DNA of 64,000 nucleotides. Origin: Phoronis australis. Taxonomy: Eukaryota; Animalia; Phoronida. Position 1 is the stretch's first letter. Every line of letters begins with the position of its first letter. The notes below the pieces were generated by a model. It saw only the letters and a list, made by a program, of their open reading frames with translations, had not been told where the DNA came from and made no database searches. Below are positions 38,033-50,900 of the stretch, in pieces. Made by a program: the position numbers and the translations under genes. Location of the stretch: positions 64,103 to 128,102 of the forward strand of contig NMRA01000284.1 of the NCBI GenBank assembly GCA_002633005.1. The letters are read 5' to 3'.

Positions 38033-39367
38033 TAGGTCGAAATCAACTGTCATCATGTCTTTTAGCTGTGAGAGGGGTAGGATTTTATTTACCATGAATG
38101 TATTACATTTACAACAATATTTTTGATGGAATATTGATGCCTTTGTTTGGAATGTGCAATACAGCTGTCTGCAGTAAGTGGTTCAACTGAAAAATTGTGT
38201 CATTTTTGCATTTAACAGACATTTGTTTTTACATCACAGGCGGCAAGAAATTCAAATCATATTCTTTTATGACATCTACTCAGTATAAACCATGCTAGTA
38301 ATAAAGTTTTACAAATCTTTGACAAAATAGAATTTCTCTTGTCTGCCATATTGTGAGCTAAATATTTAGTCAATTACCTTACATGTATTGTTTGGCTCTA
38401 GTGTTCCGAGTGTTAATTGTGAAATATTTGCACTAACTCATTATAGGTATTTTGTACATGGCATCTTGTGTTGCGTAACCAACAAATGACTTTTGTTTAC
38501 TAAATTTTAGCAAAATCATGTTTACATGAGCTCTGGACTTTTGTGTTTAACTCAGCAAGTGAGCCACCAATAACGATGTAGTTGTGCTTAGATAAGCTGA
38601 AAGTATAACCACTGGAGTGCATCAATGTTTATGGACTGAGATTCATATCTGGATTTGGAAACTGCCGTCAAAGGAGTTCCAACTACCTACGTGCAGCTTT
38701 CAATAAGATGAATCTGTTGAATAAAAATTGAATGTTGCAGATTTCTTCATTCAGCATCGATACACTCTGAATACATTCATGTTCAGTTCTTTACTACAAA
38801 ATGAAAGTGATCACAGGCATGTCTGACTCAATTGTTTATTGTTCATAATCAGTTATTTTTGCTCTTTCGGAATGTTGTTCACCATGAAATATTTTCGAAC
38901 ATGGAAAATAGAGATATTTGAACAAGTTTCCTAAAAATAACGAATGAATAAAAAATAAGGAAACCACAAAACTACAAAACGACGCTTACTTTTAACAATA
39001 AACAGGTTTGTTCGTAAACAAAACCCAAAATATCACAGCTGCGAGGAACAAAATAAAATGACAGGCCAAAAAAGAGTAGTTGGTTCTAGTATGTTTTTTT
39101 AAATAGCTTGGTACGGTATTTTACAGTTAGTACTCTTTCAAGAAAATCAGACGAGACTAGCAGAAATGCAGCATTTTTACTCATTTCTTGGCAAATCATT
39201 TCAATTTTTTCCCGAATCTTGCTACTGTAACACTTACTAAAGTGTCTCTGTGCAGCTTTTGAAAGAAGCATGACCTTGGCTGAAATTGATGCGGGCGGGT
39301 GTCTTTATTTGGTGGGTGCAGGTCTCAAAATGAGTCTAGGTAGACATTAGTGCCTACTTTGCTTTTT

Positions 39368-39540
39368 TGACCTTTGTACACCTTAATGTGAACACATACG
39401 TTGGCCTTTTACACCTTAATGTGAACACATACGTTGGACTTGCACAACTTGACGTGAACACAATACGTTTGCCTTGTACAACTTTAATATGAGCACATAC
39501 TTTGACCTTGTACAACTTAATGTGAACACATTTGCCTTTT
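39368..39540. repeat. Degenerate tandem repeat, about 30-33 bp unit
   Basis: CTTAATGTGAACACATACGTTGG-like unit repeated about 5 times. Confidence 0.75.
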
Positions 39541-40289
39541 CATCATGGGGGGCCAAGATGGCCGAATGACACTGGTTTTCAAAAACGTTGCAACTGTTGA
39601 AAACTGGATAATGTTTCATATTTATAATCTCGTTAATGAGCTGTGCTCAAATCAAAATAGACGCTATGAAGATCGTAGCTAATGCAAGACTGAAAACCTT
39701 TGGCAAAAGGGGCTTACATGGTTGCACACAGTACATTATATATACAAAACAATATAAACTGTACAAATATATAAATTAAAGCTATCTGTTTTTTACATTA
39801 AAAAACTTCAGCAGTTTGTTCCAATAAAAATATGAAAACAAAATCACAAAATTCACATTCTTTCAATAACACTGAGCGTTTAAATTAAATTAATCATTAA
39901 GCATTTCTGCCGCCATGATCAGGTCATGAATTCATATGACTGAGTAAAACCGTTTGTATGTTTGAGTAACCTAGACAACTGGCCACTACATGTACTATGT
40001 CTCAATTGCATGCCAAAACATTATTAATGTACACAAAACTTCAGCCTTGAACATACAGCTTCGAAAAAAGCTGGTGACCCTTCTTGTTGATAAATCAATC
40101 ATCAAAAGTTCAAAGCAATTTTTTGGGGAATTCAAAGCAAACTTGCTTGTGATTTCCATCGTCATCTTCATCATAAGTTTTCTAAAGCTTCAGCTCAGTA
40201 GCAATTAATTCAGTAAACAAACGTTGTGTTGACGCTTGGCTGATATTTAAACACAGTTGCATACTAGTCGGGGAAAGGATTCAGTTTGA

Positions 40290-40390
40290 GCAGATAACCA
40301 TTCACTATGAAACGTGCAGCAGACATAACCATTCACTATGAAACATGCAGCAGACATAACCATTCACTATGAAACATGCAGCAGACATAA
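40290..40390. repeat. Tandem repeat, about 30-bp unit, 3+ copies, just downstream of the C9orf43-like stop
   Basis: GCAGACATAACCATTCACTATGAAACATGCA repeated. Confidence 0.85.
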
Positions 40391-40419
40391 TCCAGTGTGC
40401 CTAGAAGTTGTCCAAACAC

Positions 40420-41987
40420 TCAACTCTCCTCAATCTTTCGCAGCTCATCTCTCAACTCATCTTTAAACCCGTCCTCATCTTCCTCACATCCCATATCCAA
40501 CATCTCTAACTTCGTCTTCAGCTGACTCTCAAGTGTTCCCTTATTCTCCGTGTCCTCAGCAGCTTCAACCATCTTTCCCTTCATCTCACCGTCACCGTGA
40601 ACTTCACCGGTTTCACTACCTGACACTGCCAAAATATCCTCACCTGAAGGCGCATCATCTTTTTCAGCTTCTTCTTGCGCAACAGGTGTCACTGTCCGTT
40701 CCGCTGCCCCAGAATTCCCAACTTCATCCTCATCTGATTTCAGAGCATCCTGTATAGCAGACGCAACTAAATCCGTAAGGTTTCCATTAATGCCAACAGG
40801 TGGAGAGACTGCAGTTGAAGCAAGGTTTTCAATAGCTGCATCCTTTTCGTCATTACCTCCACTAATCTCATTATTATTCACCTCCGTTGCCAAAAGTCGA
40901 CCATCTTCCCCGTCGACCATAGAGGGCACTGGTGACACCTCATGACTGAACAGCTTCTCCGGAGGTTCAGCTGAAAGAACAATTTTGGTGTCTTCTTCAA
41001 TGATGGATTGCTCAATTTCTCTCATAGTATCTTCATCAAGAATCCTGCTCTGCACTGACTGAATCGACTGCCTATTGCCAGCCTCGTCCAGCTCTTCAAA
41101 AGTATCAATAATTTCGTCCATTTTTTTCACGTTATTCAACATTTTCTCCTTTGCATTGGTTCGTCCGGACTCTAAACGTAACGATTCGGAAGACATTACG
41201 CGTGAGGGTGGATCAGCAGAGATCGTCATTTCACCGTCCGAATCCTCTTCCATTAAAGGAGTCATAATTGTGGTAGCATTGGATACTGTTGAGAACTCTC
41301 GACGTACGTCTCCCCCATTTTGGAAATCATCAAACTCTGTGTCTTTCACTGGATCTGGAGACGGAGGTGGTGGACCAGGAGATTCCTCCGTAAAGCGTTT
41401 CCTGTTCATCTCTGAACGCAACGACTCCCGACTGTCATCGCTTCTGTGGTGAGAAGGGGTGGATGATTTGAGGGATTTTGAGTCAAAATTGGCCAGTTTA
41501 GAGTCAGGATGATCGTAACCAGACCCCAGAATCCTTATTGGCCTTGGTTCTGGTGTGACATCATAATCAGCCTCATTCACCAGTGGCCACACCTCGACTA
41601 CGTCAGGCGTATTTGGCACCGTTGGGATTTTTATAGGAATTGCGTCAATATCAGATCTCGGAGACCTGTCCACGTTTGCGTCCACACTGCCACCTGAGCT
41701 CGCCGCCTTGGAAACTCCGTTTTTATTGGCACTTGTGGGCGGAGTTGACGTCGGTGTAACAACCACCTCGCTGTTAGGTGAACTACGTTTGACACCAGGT
41801 GCAAAACGAACACTTTTCCTCGAATGCGGGAGCTGAAGGTTTGGCGACGCCTCACTAGCTCTCTCCGAGGAAGGCTTTGGTTTTGCAAGTGGTGAAGTTA
41901 TTATCAAGCCTTTTGGGTTTGGTGGCTTGGAGGGTGAATGAATTGGCATTGCTTTATTCTCCTCTCGTTCCTCAATAGGAGCCATAC
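40420..41987 (-). CDS. Large terminal exon of the C9orf43-like gene (Pro/Ser-rich then acidic, likely disordered)
   Basis: TTTTTGATGCAG acceptor, phase 1; 1568-nt open frame to TGA. Confidence 0.85.
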
Positions 41988-44900
41988 CTGCATCAAAAAT
42001 TAACACTCCAATAACAAAGCATCATATTTCAGAAATTTGATTAAAAGAACACAGGATCAACGTAAAAATACTGAAGGAGAAAATCAGTGTACCTGTACAA
42101 CGCTTAGAAGCCCCAAAGCACAAGCTACAGCTCCACAAGTTTTGGTCACGAAACCAGCCTGTTTATGCATGACCAACACTCTTGAATTTCAACTCATTGA
42201 GATCCAAGACCAGAAGTGACAAAAAATAAATTTAATTTCAAACCAAGTCAGGTAAGATTGAGACCATTTTTTGCAGTGTTTGTGTATGTGTGGTCAAACT
42301 CACCAAAGGTGGTTGTACTGTAGTGACGCTTTAAATCCACTTCAAATTGTTTTTCTTGAAAAACTTAGCAAAGCCAATTTTAATTAATTTGTTGGAAAAC
42401 ATTAGACCACTTGAAAGAGAGAGAAAACAGAGAAAGCGTGTTGTAAACATCCCCTTCAAACAAGATTAGGATCCATTCGGAGAAATCTTTTGAATTTCTC
42501 CCAACGGGTTTTATCCCCATTCCATGCAGTCTCACTAGTGGTTTCCTCATCAAAGAAGTGACTCTAATAAATAGGTCATGTGGTAAGGGATTTCTTATTA
42601 GATCAAACCTAAATAAAAACTGACGGAAACCATTAAATCTGAGTAAAGAAGTAAAAATTAGACTATGCGGGTTTTTTAATATTGAAGATTGGTAAAGTAA
42701 AAATAGCGATCTCATCAAAAAAAACCCAGCCCTGCGCTATTCATTGGAAAGTAGTTCCCAGTAAAGCTTATAATCTAATTATACTGCACCACTTACCTAC
42801 GTTAGAAGGTAGGCTTCAAAGAATGGGGATAAAACTGGTTGTGGTGATGGAATCTGGTTTGAAGGTCATGTTCATGACAAGGAAAGAAACATTAAGAAAA
42901 CAGAGCTTACGTGAAGTTGACAGTGGAATAGAAAGCAGGACGTGGTATCTGGTACAACTGTTTGTCTGCAGCGACCTTCACACTGAATTCAAGAACTAAA
43001 TTCGAAAAGTTATTCATCCAAAGTCTCGTCATAAAACAAGATATAAGTGTTTAGACATTCTGTGTGTGATTAGATAATTAAAATTCAAATTTTACAGTCA
43101 CGGCCAACAAAAGGAAAAGATTGTTAACAGCTAGTTGGGATCCTAATGATATCGCTATAATTATCATCTTCCATTCCAGTCTGTACTGCTTTCTCAAAAT
43201 GGAATTTTTCCAGTACACTCCTCTCTGTATGAACAGCAGTTGGGGAGACTACTGCCCTCTGCAGGAATGTCCAGTCATCTCTCTGGGTCTCATCTATCAG
43301 TATCCTCCGCTTCATTCGAGGTAATAACTGACTCGGCCCCTTGAGTGGATAATAGGTTGGAATAACGTGGAGAACTTTTTCCCACAATTCCGATTCCGTC
43401 ATGTCTTCCACACCCCTCACCTTTTTGTTACATCTGCCTTTAACCGAAACGTTTATCCCACTGCGCGGTGAGCCACGTTTCCATGGCAATGTGAATTTGG
43501 AGAACTTGACGTATGGACTTGTGTCATTGCCTAGATTGCACTGTATTCCTACACTGAGGGCAATGCCGCGTCCTAGTTCGTTCTGTGAATACTTTTGTTG
43601 ATGTGATTGTTGTGATCGCTTTCTTATAACTCGGTAGTAGTCATCTATGTTAATATTGTAAGAATACCGTTTGCTGTTTATCTTTTTCAACAAGGCAAGG
43701 CGGCCAAGAGCGGAAGAGTTAGACTTACAGAGAAGATGACAGGGACGGAAAGAGCAATTAAGGCTACGAGCTAAAAGAGAAAGAAATAAGAGAAAGGCAG
43801 TCAAGAGTGACTTAGGGAATCCAGGTCATTCGATTTCAGCTTGATGGATTATTTTATTAATTTAAGTCTCAGTACCCAAATAAGCTCCTCAGTCAAAGCA
43901 AAAAAAAATCATTCACAATTATTTTGCAAACAAATTTCCAGTCCCTTGAAAATGTACCCTAAACACCCCAAGTAAATGTTGACCTCCACTTAGTTCATTT
44001 GCATCTTGGAAAAAACAACTCAAAGCTATTCTTCGATTACAATGATCATGGTTACTTTTCAATCTCCAATCGTATTTCAAAAATGGATTCTCCATTTAAT
44101 TTACCCACAATGCCCAGACCTAACTCACCAGACTTCTCCCTGTAAACCTGTGGTGACTTGGTAGCAGCAAACGCATCCGTAAAAGCATCCTAAAATGAAA
44201 ATATTTAAGTGTAAGCAAAATTTAATAGAGAATTCTTAAGTTGAATTTTGAATTTCTGACAGAGAATCAACAAAATGGCCGCCACAGTTAAATGCTACAG
44301 AACAGAGATGTTAACTTAATAGAAAATGCAAATACTAAGTTTAACACTTGCGTAACTTTTTGTCTGTTCTGTATTTTACAAAAATGATCCTGCTCTTGCG
44401 ATACCTTTTGAAGCATCAGACTAGTTCTATGTTACGACTATGAAAGCTAAAGTGCAGTGGCAATGACTAACAGAACAAACGAAAATACTGGTCAACATAA
44501 AAATGACTTTTGGATGCTATTCTTTGATTTTAGCTGTGACTAAGGTCTAAATCTTGTTTCAACTGCTATGTTCTTAATGAGAAACATTAAAGGAAAGAGC
44601 AACTGAAAGTACTACCTGCGTAAGCTGAAATTTCTTGGGCACTTGTATCTCGCCGTGTCTTTCCGATACGTGGGCTGTGGGCGTCTTGACAACGGGCGTG
44701 CTCAATGGGGTATGAGGTACTTTGGTTGAGTCTGCTGGTGAAATGGCATGTAGAGGCACTCCTTTCTCAAGGTTCTTGCGATACTGTAAGAAAAATTAGT
44801 AGTTAATTTAGTATTTGATCATGAATTCTCGTTTCGTGTATAAATCTTTCTTGAAAGAAATCAGAATTAAAGGTATAACACCTTTAAAATTAAAAAACCA

Positions 44901-47900
44901 AAAAGCGACAAAATACTTTTTTTTGTTAATTGAGAACTTTAGACTTCAGGTAGCATACAGGTAACATACCACAACTATAATGCTTTTGAAAAATGACCTC
45001 CAAAAATGTCAAACCTCCTGTTTTATTAAAATCACCAAAATTTTGCATCGACCAGGAGATATATTGCAGAGACTCCAATTCCTGAGAGTTAAAACATGTT
45101 TTTAAGAAAAATCACTTACAATGCAAAAACTATTTACAGCAATGAGAAGAATGATAATTACGATTCAATGGACAAAAACCGTATCTAGCTACAAACTCAA
45201 GCATGCCCCCTTCACTGACCAGTGGTCAAGTACCTGTTTAACATATATCTGCTCTAGAGTGTCCTCTCTCATGTTGTCTGGTGAGCCCTCGCGGGTGGAC
45301 GTTGAGTAGCCACTATGAGAACTGCCCACTCGTGACGGCACGCTGTGAGCCTCTGTAGACAGAAGAGAGTAAATAGTAATTAGTACATGAAGTTACGTCA
45401 TACATACTGTCCAGTCTCGAAGCCATGTACATGTAGCCTCAAAGCCAGGCCCAGATAGCCTCAAAGCCAGGCCCAGGTAGCCTCACACCTCCTTGGAATT
45501 TGATCCTTCATTTCAAGTAAGCAATAACTCATTTCAGCACCAAACTACACATGAAAATTTTTATTTTATCTTCGGATGAAAGATGTTTAAAAGTTATACC
45601 CGATTTGAATAGACTCCTCTAGCTTAATGTAAGCCCTCAAGCAGGAAATTAAATGAGAACCAATTTCATTATGAGTAAAGGATTTAGTAAAATCTTTGGT
45701 ACATATTGTTCCAGACGTGCACAAGCCACTCTGCTGGGCTCATTGCATTGATCACGTCAAACTATTTTTATGCTCATTAGTATATAGATAAAACGGAGCT
45801 GAGCAGATAGACCTAACTCAAGGGTTTACCAGTGTGAACTAGTGGGACTCGAACTAACAACGCTAAGTGCGTCACACTCCTCTATTGAAATGTAAGCAAA
45901 TTGCGTGTTTTTGGGAACTAAAATTCCGAAGAGGAAGGACTTTCACAAAGACTCAGTCAGCTTTTCATAATGAAGTGTAGCTAGGTCATATAAATTGGGG
46001 TCAGGCTGTAAGCTGAGAATGGGTGTTCACTTGGACGAGTAAAGCAGTAATTGTACATACGAGAGGAAAAAGTTTTCAATACCTACTTTTAAGTTAAGCG
46101 CTTCATACCAGTTCGCAGCTAACTCTTGGCCGGGAGTCAAAAACTAGGTAAAATATAATAATTATATAGAATGACTTGAAGGTGTAGCAATCGGCTTCAC
46201 AAGGCAATGATGAAGAGTACAACTTAAGAATGGAAGATAATGAAACTGAAAGTATCTTGTCAAGAATATTTACCCAGAGCAAAGTTCTCAGCTGGCTTGC
46301 CATAGCGGAAAGGCCTTGTTGGGGATACTCCAGGAGGCAGCTCTGGCAGACCAAGGGAGACAACTTTCTTCTTCAGCACTTTCATGCCATAATCCTCACC
46401 AGAATTTACTGAAAACCATTAAACTGTCTAAAAACCGATAAAATATAGATTAAATGACATTACAAGAAAGGTGGCACCTACTTCTACTGATACATAAAAG
46501 CAATTAACCTCATTTACTACATAACACAATGTCATAAATTCTGTGGATGAGCTGAAATAAACATTTTACAGGTTATACAACAGATGGCGCTGGTGCACTT
46601 GACCCAAAGGTGACAGCAGTGTCATGCACTACTGCGCATTGTTCCATTTTGAATTCAATCATTAAGTAGAATTCAAATCAAAATAGCTGCAAAGAAATTT
46701 CCTGGCTGGTAGTCCAAGACTAATTTTTAGAGTCCTCGCATAAAACATACAAGCATAATTCATAGAAAACTTTATGTAGTTCCAAGTTGTTTCAATTTCC
46801 ACACATCTTGTCACTGCACCATACTCACTGGCTGGCAGTGGATTCCTGTATCTGGGATAGACAGGTGAGTTCAAGGACTTCTCAGTAGGTACCTCATCAA
46901 GGTAGAACACCTGAAAATGCAAAGTGGGGGCAAGATAAGCTTCTGTCTTTTACATGCTAAATGTAAAATCTCAACACAAACACTGTGTTCAGTATCACGC
47001 TTCTACCAAAAATGCTCTCTGACGGTACCAGTAACTCCGCCCACACACCAGGGGAATTATTCCTAAAGAGCTATAATGTTAAAGAGCTGATTTTTTCAAA
47101 AAATAAGAGGCAATGAAGTCCTTGTGGGTGCTTTTTCAGGATCAGTTTGCAGAACTTGCTAAGTATACTTCAGCAGTAGTGCCTCCCTGGTCAAAGTTCA
47201 TTAAAGGATACGACGTTGATTGTTTGATAACTTCTTTCCACATTTCTTGTATTGTCCGCAAAATTACTCCTAGTGTGCAGATCACATCCGTGCAGTAACT
47301 CCCCGTTAAAAGAATATTAAAACCACAGGAGAAAGTTTTAGAAATTATATTGGACTGCAGTACTTTGAATGAATACTACATTCATCAAATAAAAAAATGA
47401 AATCTCAGTGAGTAGTGAGACATAGTGAAGGTCATGACTTCCTAAGCATGCATCTTCCAAAATGTGGACTACATCTTCGCGACACCAAGCCGCCGAAAAA
47501 GTGAGACTCCCCTCGTACAACAAACCTTTAATCAGGGAGCTGCATATGACAATTATACAAGTTTCCAAAAGAACCCATACAAATACTTTATTCAAAAATA
47601 TCTAGGGCTCTATTTAGGAAATTCCCAGTAAGAAAAGACAACTTAGCTAAATGGACTCAGACTCGTAAAAACAAATGATCAGCAGACTCCAACAACTCAA
47701 ATTTCCCAAGACAGTAATTCTACGTGTGCAGACTGCTGGAACGAACAACCTCGATCACATGACCATTGACAGGTATAAGTGTATCAAACTAAAATTAACC
47801 GATCAACGCACTGAGAGCCAAAATTTTATTCTATTTCCAGGATAGAGCAAAGTGAACTGAATAATATTTAATGACCTCTTGTGTTAAGGCTCAATGGAGG

Positions 47901-50900
47901 CAGTGTGGCCTGGTTGATAAGTGCCCGCTTTCTTTACTCGAGGTCGTGGGTTCAAGTCCCACCAGGTCACACTGCTAAACCCTTGAGCCAAGTTTCTAGC
48001 TCCTCAGCTCGGTTTTAACCATATAACAATAAAGCATAAAAATATTTCCAGGTGATCAGTGCAATGGGCCCACATGCGAGGCCTGCGCACGTCTGATACA
48101 ACGTGTAATTATTTTTTTTTTAAGGCTCAATGTCTCTTTTGTCAAACTTTGAGAGACATCCTCATCATTACCAAACACAGTTACTAGTTAGCACATTACG
48201 CTTACCCTATACTGTTGTCGAAGGTAATTACTGATAAATCTATGACTGACATACCGGTGGGGCATTATTCACTGCTGCCGGGGACTTCCATGCCAAGCCT
48301 CTTTCTGAAGGTGGGCCTTTTTGGTGGGTCATAATCTCATTTCCAATCAAAGCTAGTTCCGCCTTTGATTTAGGGGTGAGGTTCTCTGGTGCCAGTCGCT
48401 GCAGAAGTTCGAAGATTTGTTCCTTGGAGTTCAGGTCACTGTCAAAAAAATTATGAGGTCATAATGTGTATCAAGTAATCCATGAATTAAAATTTTTACC
48501 ACATTAAAATATTTACAAATGAACCATTCTTTACGTCAAGACCCTATGCTCACTGATTGTAACATATTCAAAAGACGATGAAATAGAATTTTTATGCTTG
48601 AAAAACATTTAATAAAAGTGATCTTCACTAACTAAATTGCTTACCAAGTGAAAATTATAGAATCTTAAGATTCAATATAATAAATCAAAAACATCCAAGA
48701 TACAGCCTTCGGGACAAATACTAGCAGCCTCTATTTGATTATGTTGAAATATTAATTACAGATTAATGAAAATTAGTAGGTTAACTATGAATTAGGAAAC
48801 ATACAATTTCATAAAAATTAACAAACAGCGAACAATCGTTGCCTATAACGTATGGCCAATGAAAACATTAGTTTGACTGATGGTAGATGGCACCACTGAT
48901 CCTTGTGCTCAGTTGCACAATGACTATATGCACACGATCTACAACGGAAAATGTCACAATGCAATTTGTGAAGCAAAATTTTCATGACATGCTACACACA
49001 GGCACTATTAAGTTATCATAGATTACGAATTCATAACAACTATTTCCATGAATTATTGAATAGTTCATATTCTGTGGTTAACAAGAAGTTACATTAATTT
49101 AATTTTTCATGCAAGGTCTATCAAAATCTGATAATTTATGATTTCTTATCACTAAGAAATGATACATGATTAAGATTTTCCATGAATGATAATCATTTAT
49201 CACCAGCTTGATGTGCATCCCTAACAACAAAAGTGAGGCTGTATTATAATATTCCAAGCATATTATTCAAATGAAACACAATGAAGATTGTCGTTGACAT
49301 GCAAAAATTGTACAATTTTAAAAGGGGAAAATGTTTATTGTGACAAATTTTCCGGGATTTAGAGTTGCATTGAACTTTGCAGGATTGACTTTGGGAAAAC
49401 ATTGAGATAGACCTTTGTGTACCCAATTAATATTCCAAACCAGATTGTTCTCAGCCAACTGCAGCCTACGCTCAGAGGCTTATTTTTTCAATTAAAACAA
49501 AAATCAGTAATCAGCCTCGCAGGTGTCTGACAAGGGGATTTTCAAGGCCTGTCGATAGGGAGAACAGAACTTGCTGTTGTTCTTGATTGTATATGGGTGC
49601 CCGACAGATTAGTAGAAATGTTTCCTAGAAACAGATTTCCACAAACATTCTTAACTTTTAAAATACATGGGAACATGGCTATTGAGGGCAAGCACTCAAA
49701 TGGTTCAATTACTAAATATTATAATCCTAATAGATTCACAGAGTACAGAAAAATGTGCCGGCAACAAGATTTTGTAATAGACAACTTGTGGGTTTCCCCA
49801 CTGAGACGGGGACGCGCGACAAAAGCACCAACTAGTTACATATAACCTTACATAAGGCCTATAACCAGCAGGTGAAAAACTAGAAGAGGTCTTCCAAACT
49901 TCAGGGAAATTCCAGCTAGTCATTAACAGGGTAGCATCCTGACATAAAAGAAAGTGTGACAAAAATCCTTGTGTCTTATCTGGTAAAAACTCCTAGTGTC
50001 TATATTATCAAGTTTAAAGTCTCATAACTATCATACCAGTCAAGCACAACGGGCAACTTTAAGCTGACGTTCACTTACTATTTCTCGATGTGTTCCAGGA
50101 TTCTGAGCATGACATCACTTGAACAGTTGAATACCTCAAACAGCCTACCAGGTGCACGCAAGCAAAACACAAAGCAGTGAGCAGTTAGCAAGTTAGCGGA
50201 TCAAACATTGTGCAACCAGGAAACGTGACCACCAGTGGCTTCAGGGTGAGAACGAGAAGGGCCGAGGGAAGAAGAGAATGCTCAAAAAGGATCCATTTTA
50301 AACTCACAGGTAAATGTGAATAATCAATACTTTCAATGGTTTTTGATTACAAAAGAGGCAATAATTTGGTCTTCATCTATCACATGGCATATTTTTCATG
50401 CATAATTCAACAAATGAAATAATTTTTCTATATCATAATGATTTTTAACCAAAGTGTAAGGTAAGGTCTGAACATCATAAAATAGCTGCTACAAAGCAGA
50501 CGATTTTAATATTAAAAAACTTTGTATTCTTGTTGTGCACCAACAAAATGTCTGAATAATGACTAGTTTCGAAAGAATAGACAAAAGTTTTCATCATCAA
50601 TTGCCACATCCACGATTTATCTTATATTTTGCATTAATTTCTATAGAGCCAGATGATTACTCTGATGGGTTTAAGACAAGAAAGTCTGAAGACCAGGGAG
50701 TCCCCATAACAGGTTAGATTTTCATGGTCACACTAATATTAAACAAAACGTGAGCAAAAATCAAACACACAAAATTGAATGCAGTCAGTCATGTTAGAAA
50801 GTTTCCAATCAAAAAATAAGGCTAAGCTTCATAGACACCTTCATTAAGATGTTCAAGTTGAAATTAATAACTTACAGTTATCAAACGACATTTTCAATTC

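Noticed and set aside
42380-42999. Additional ORFs between the two candidate last exons
   Set aside because: No phase-consistent splice path or recognisable homology.
44866-44888. TTAA-AGGTATAACACCT-TTAA mini palindrome
   Set aside because: Could be a collapsed Kolobok-type footprint but is too short to distinguish from chance.
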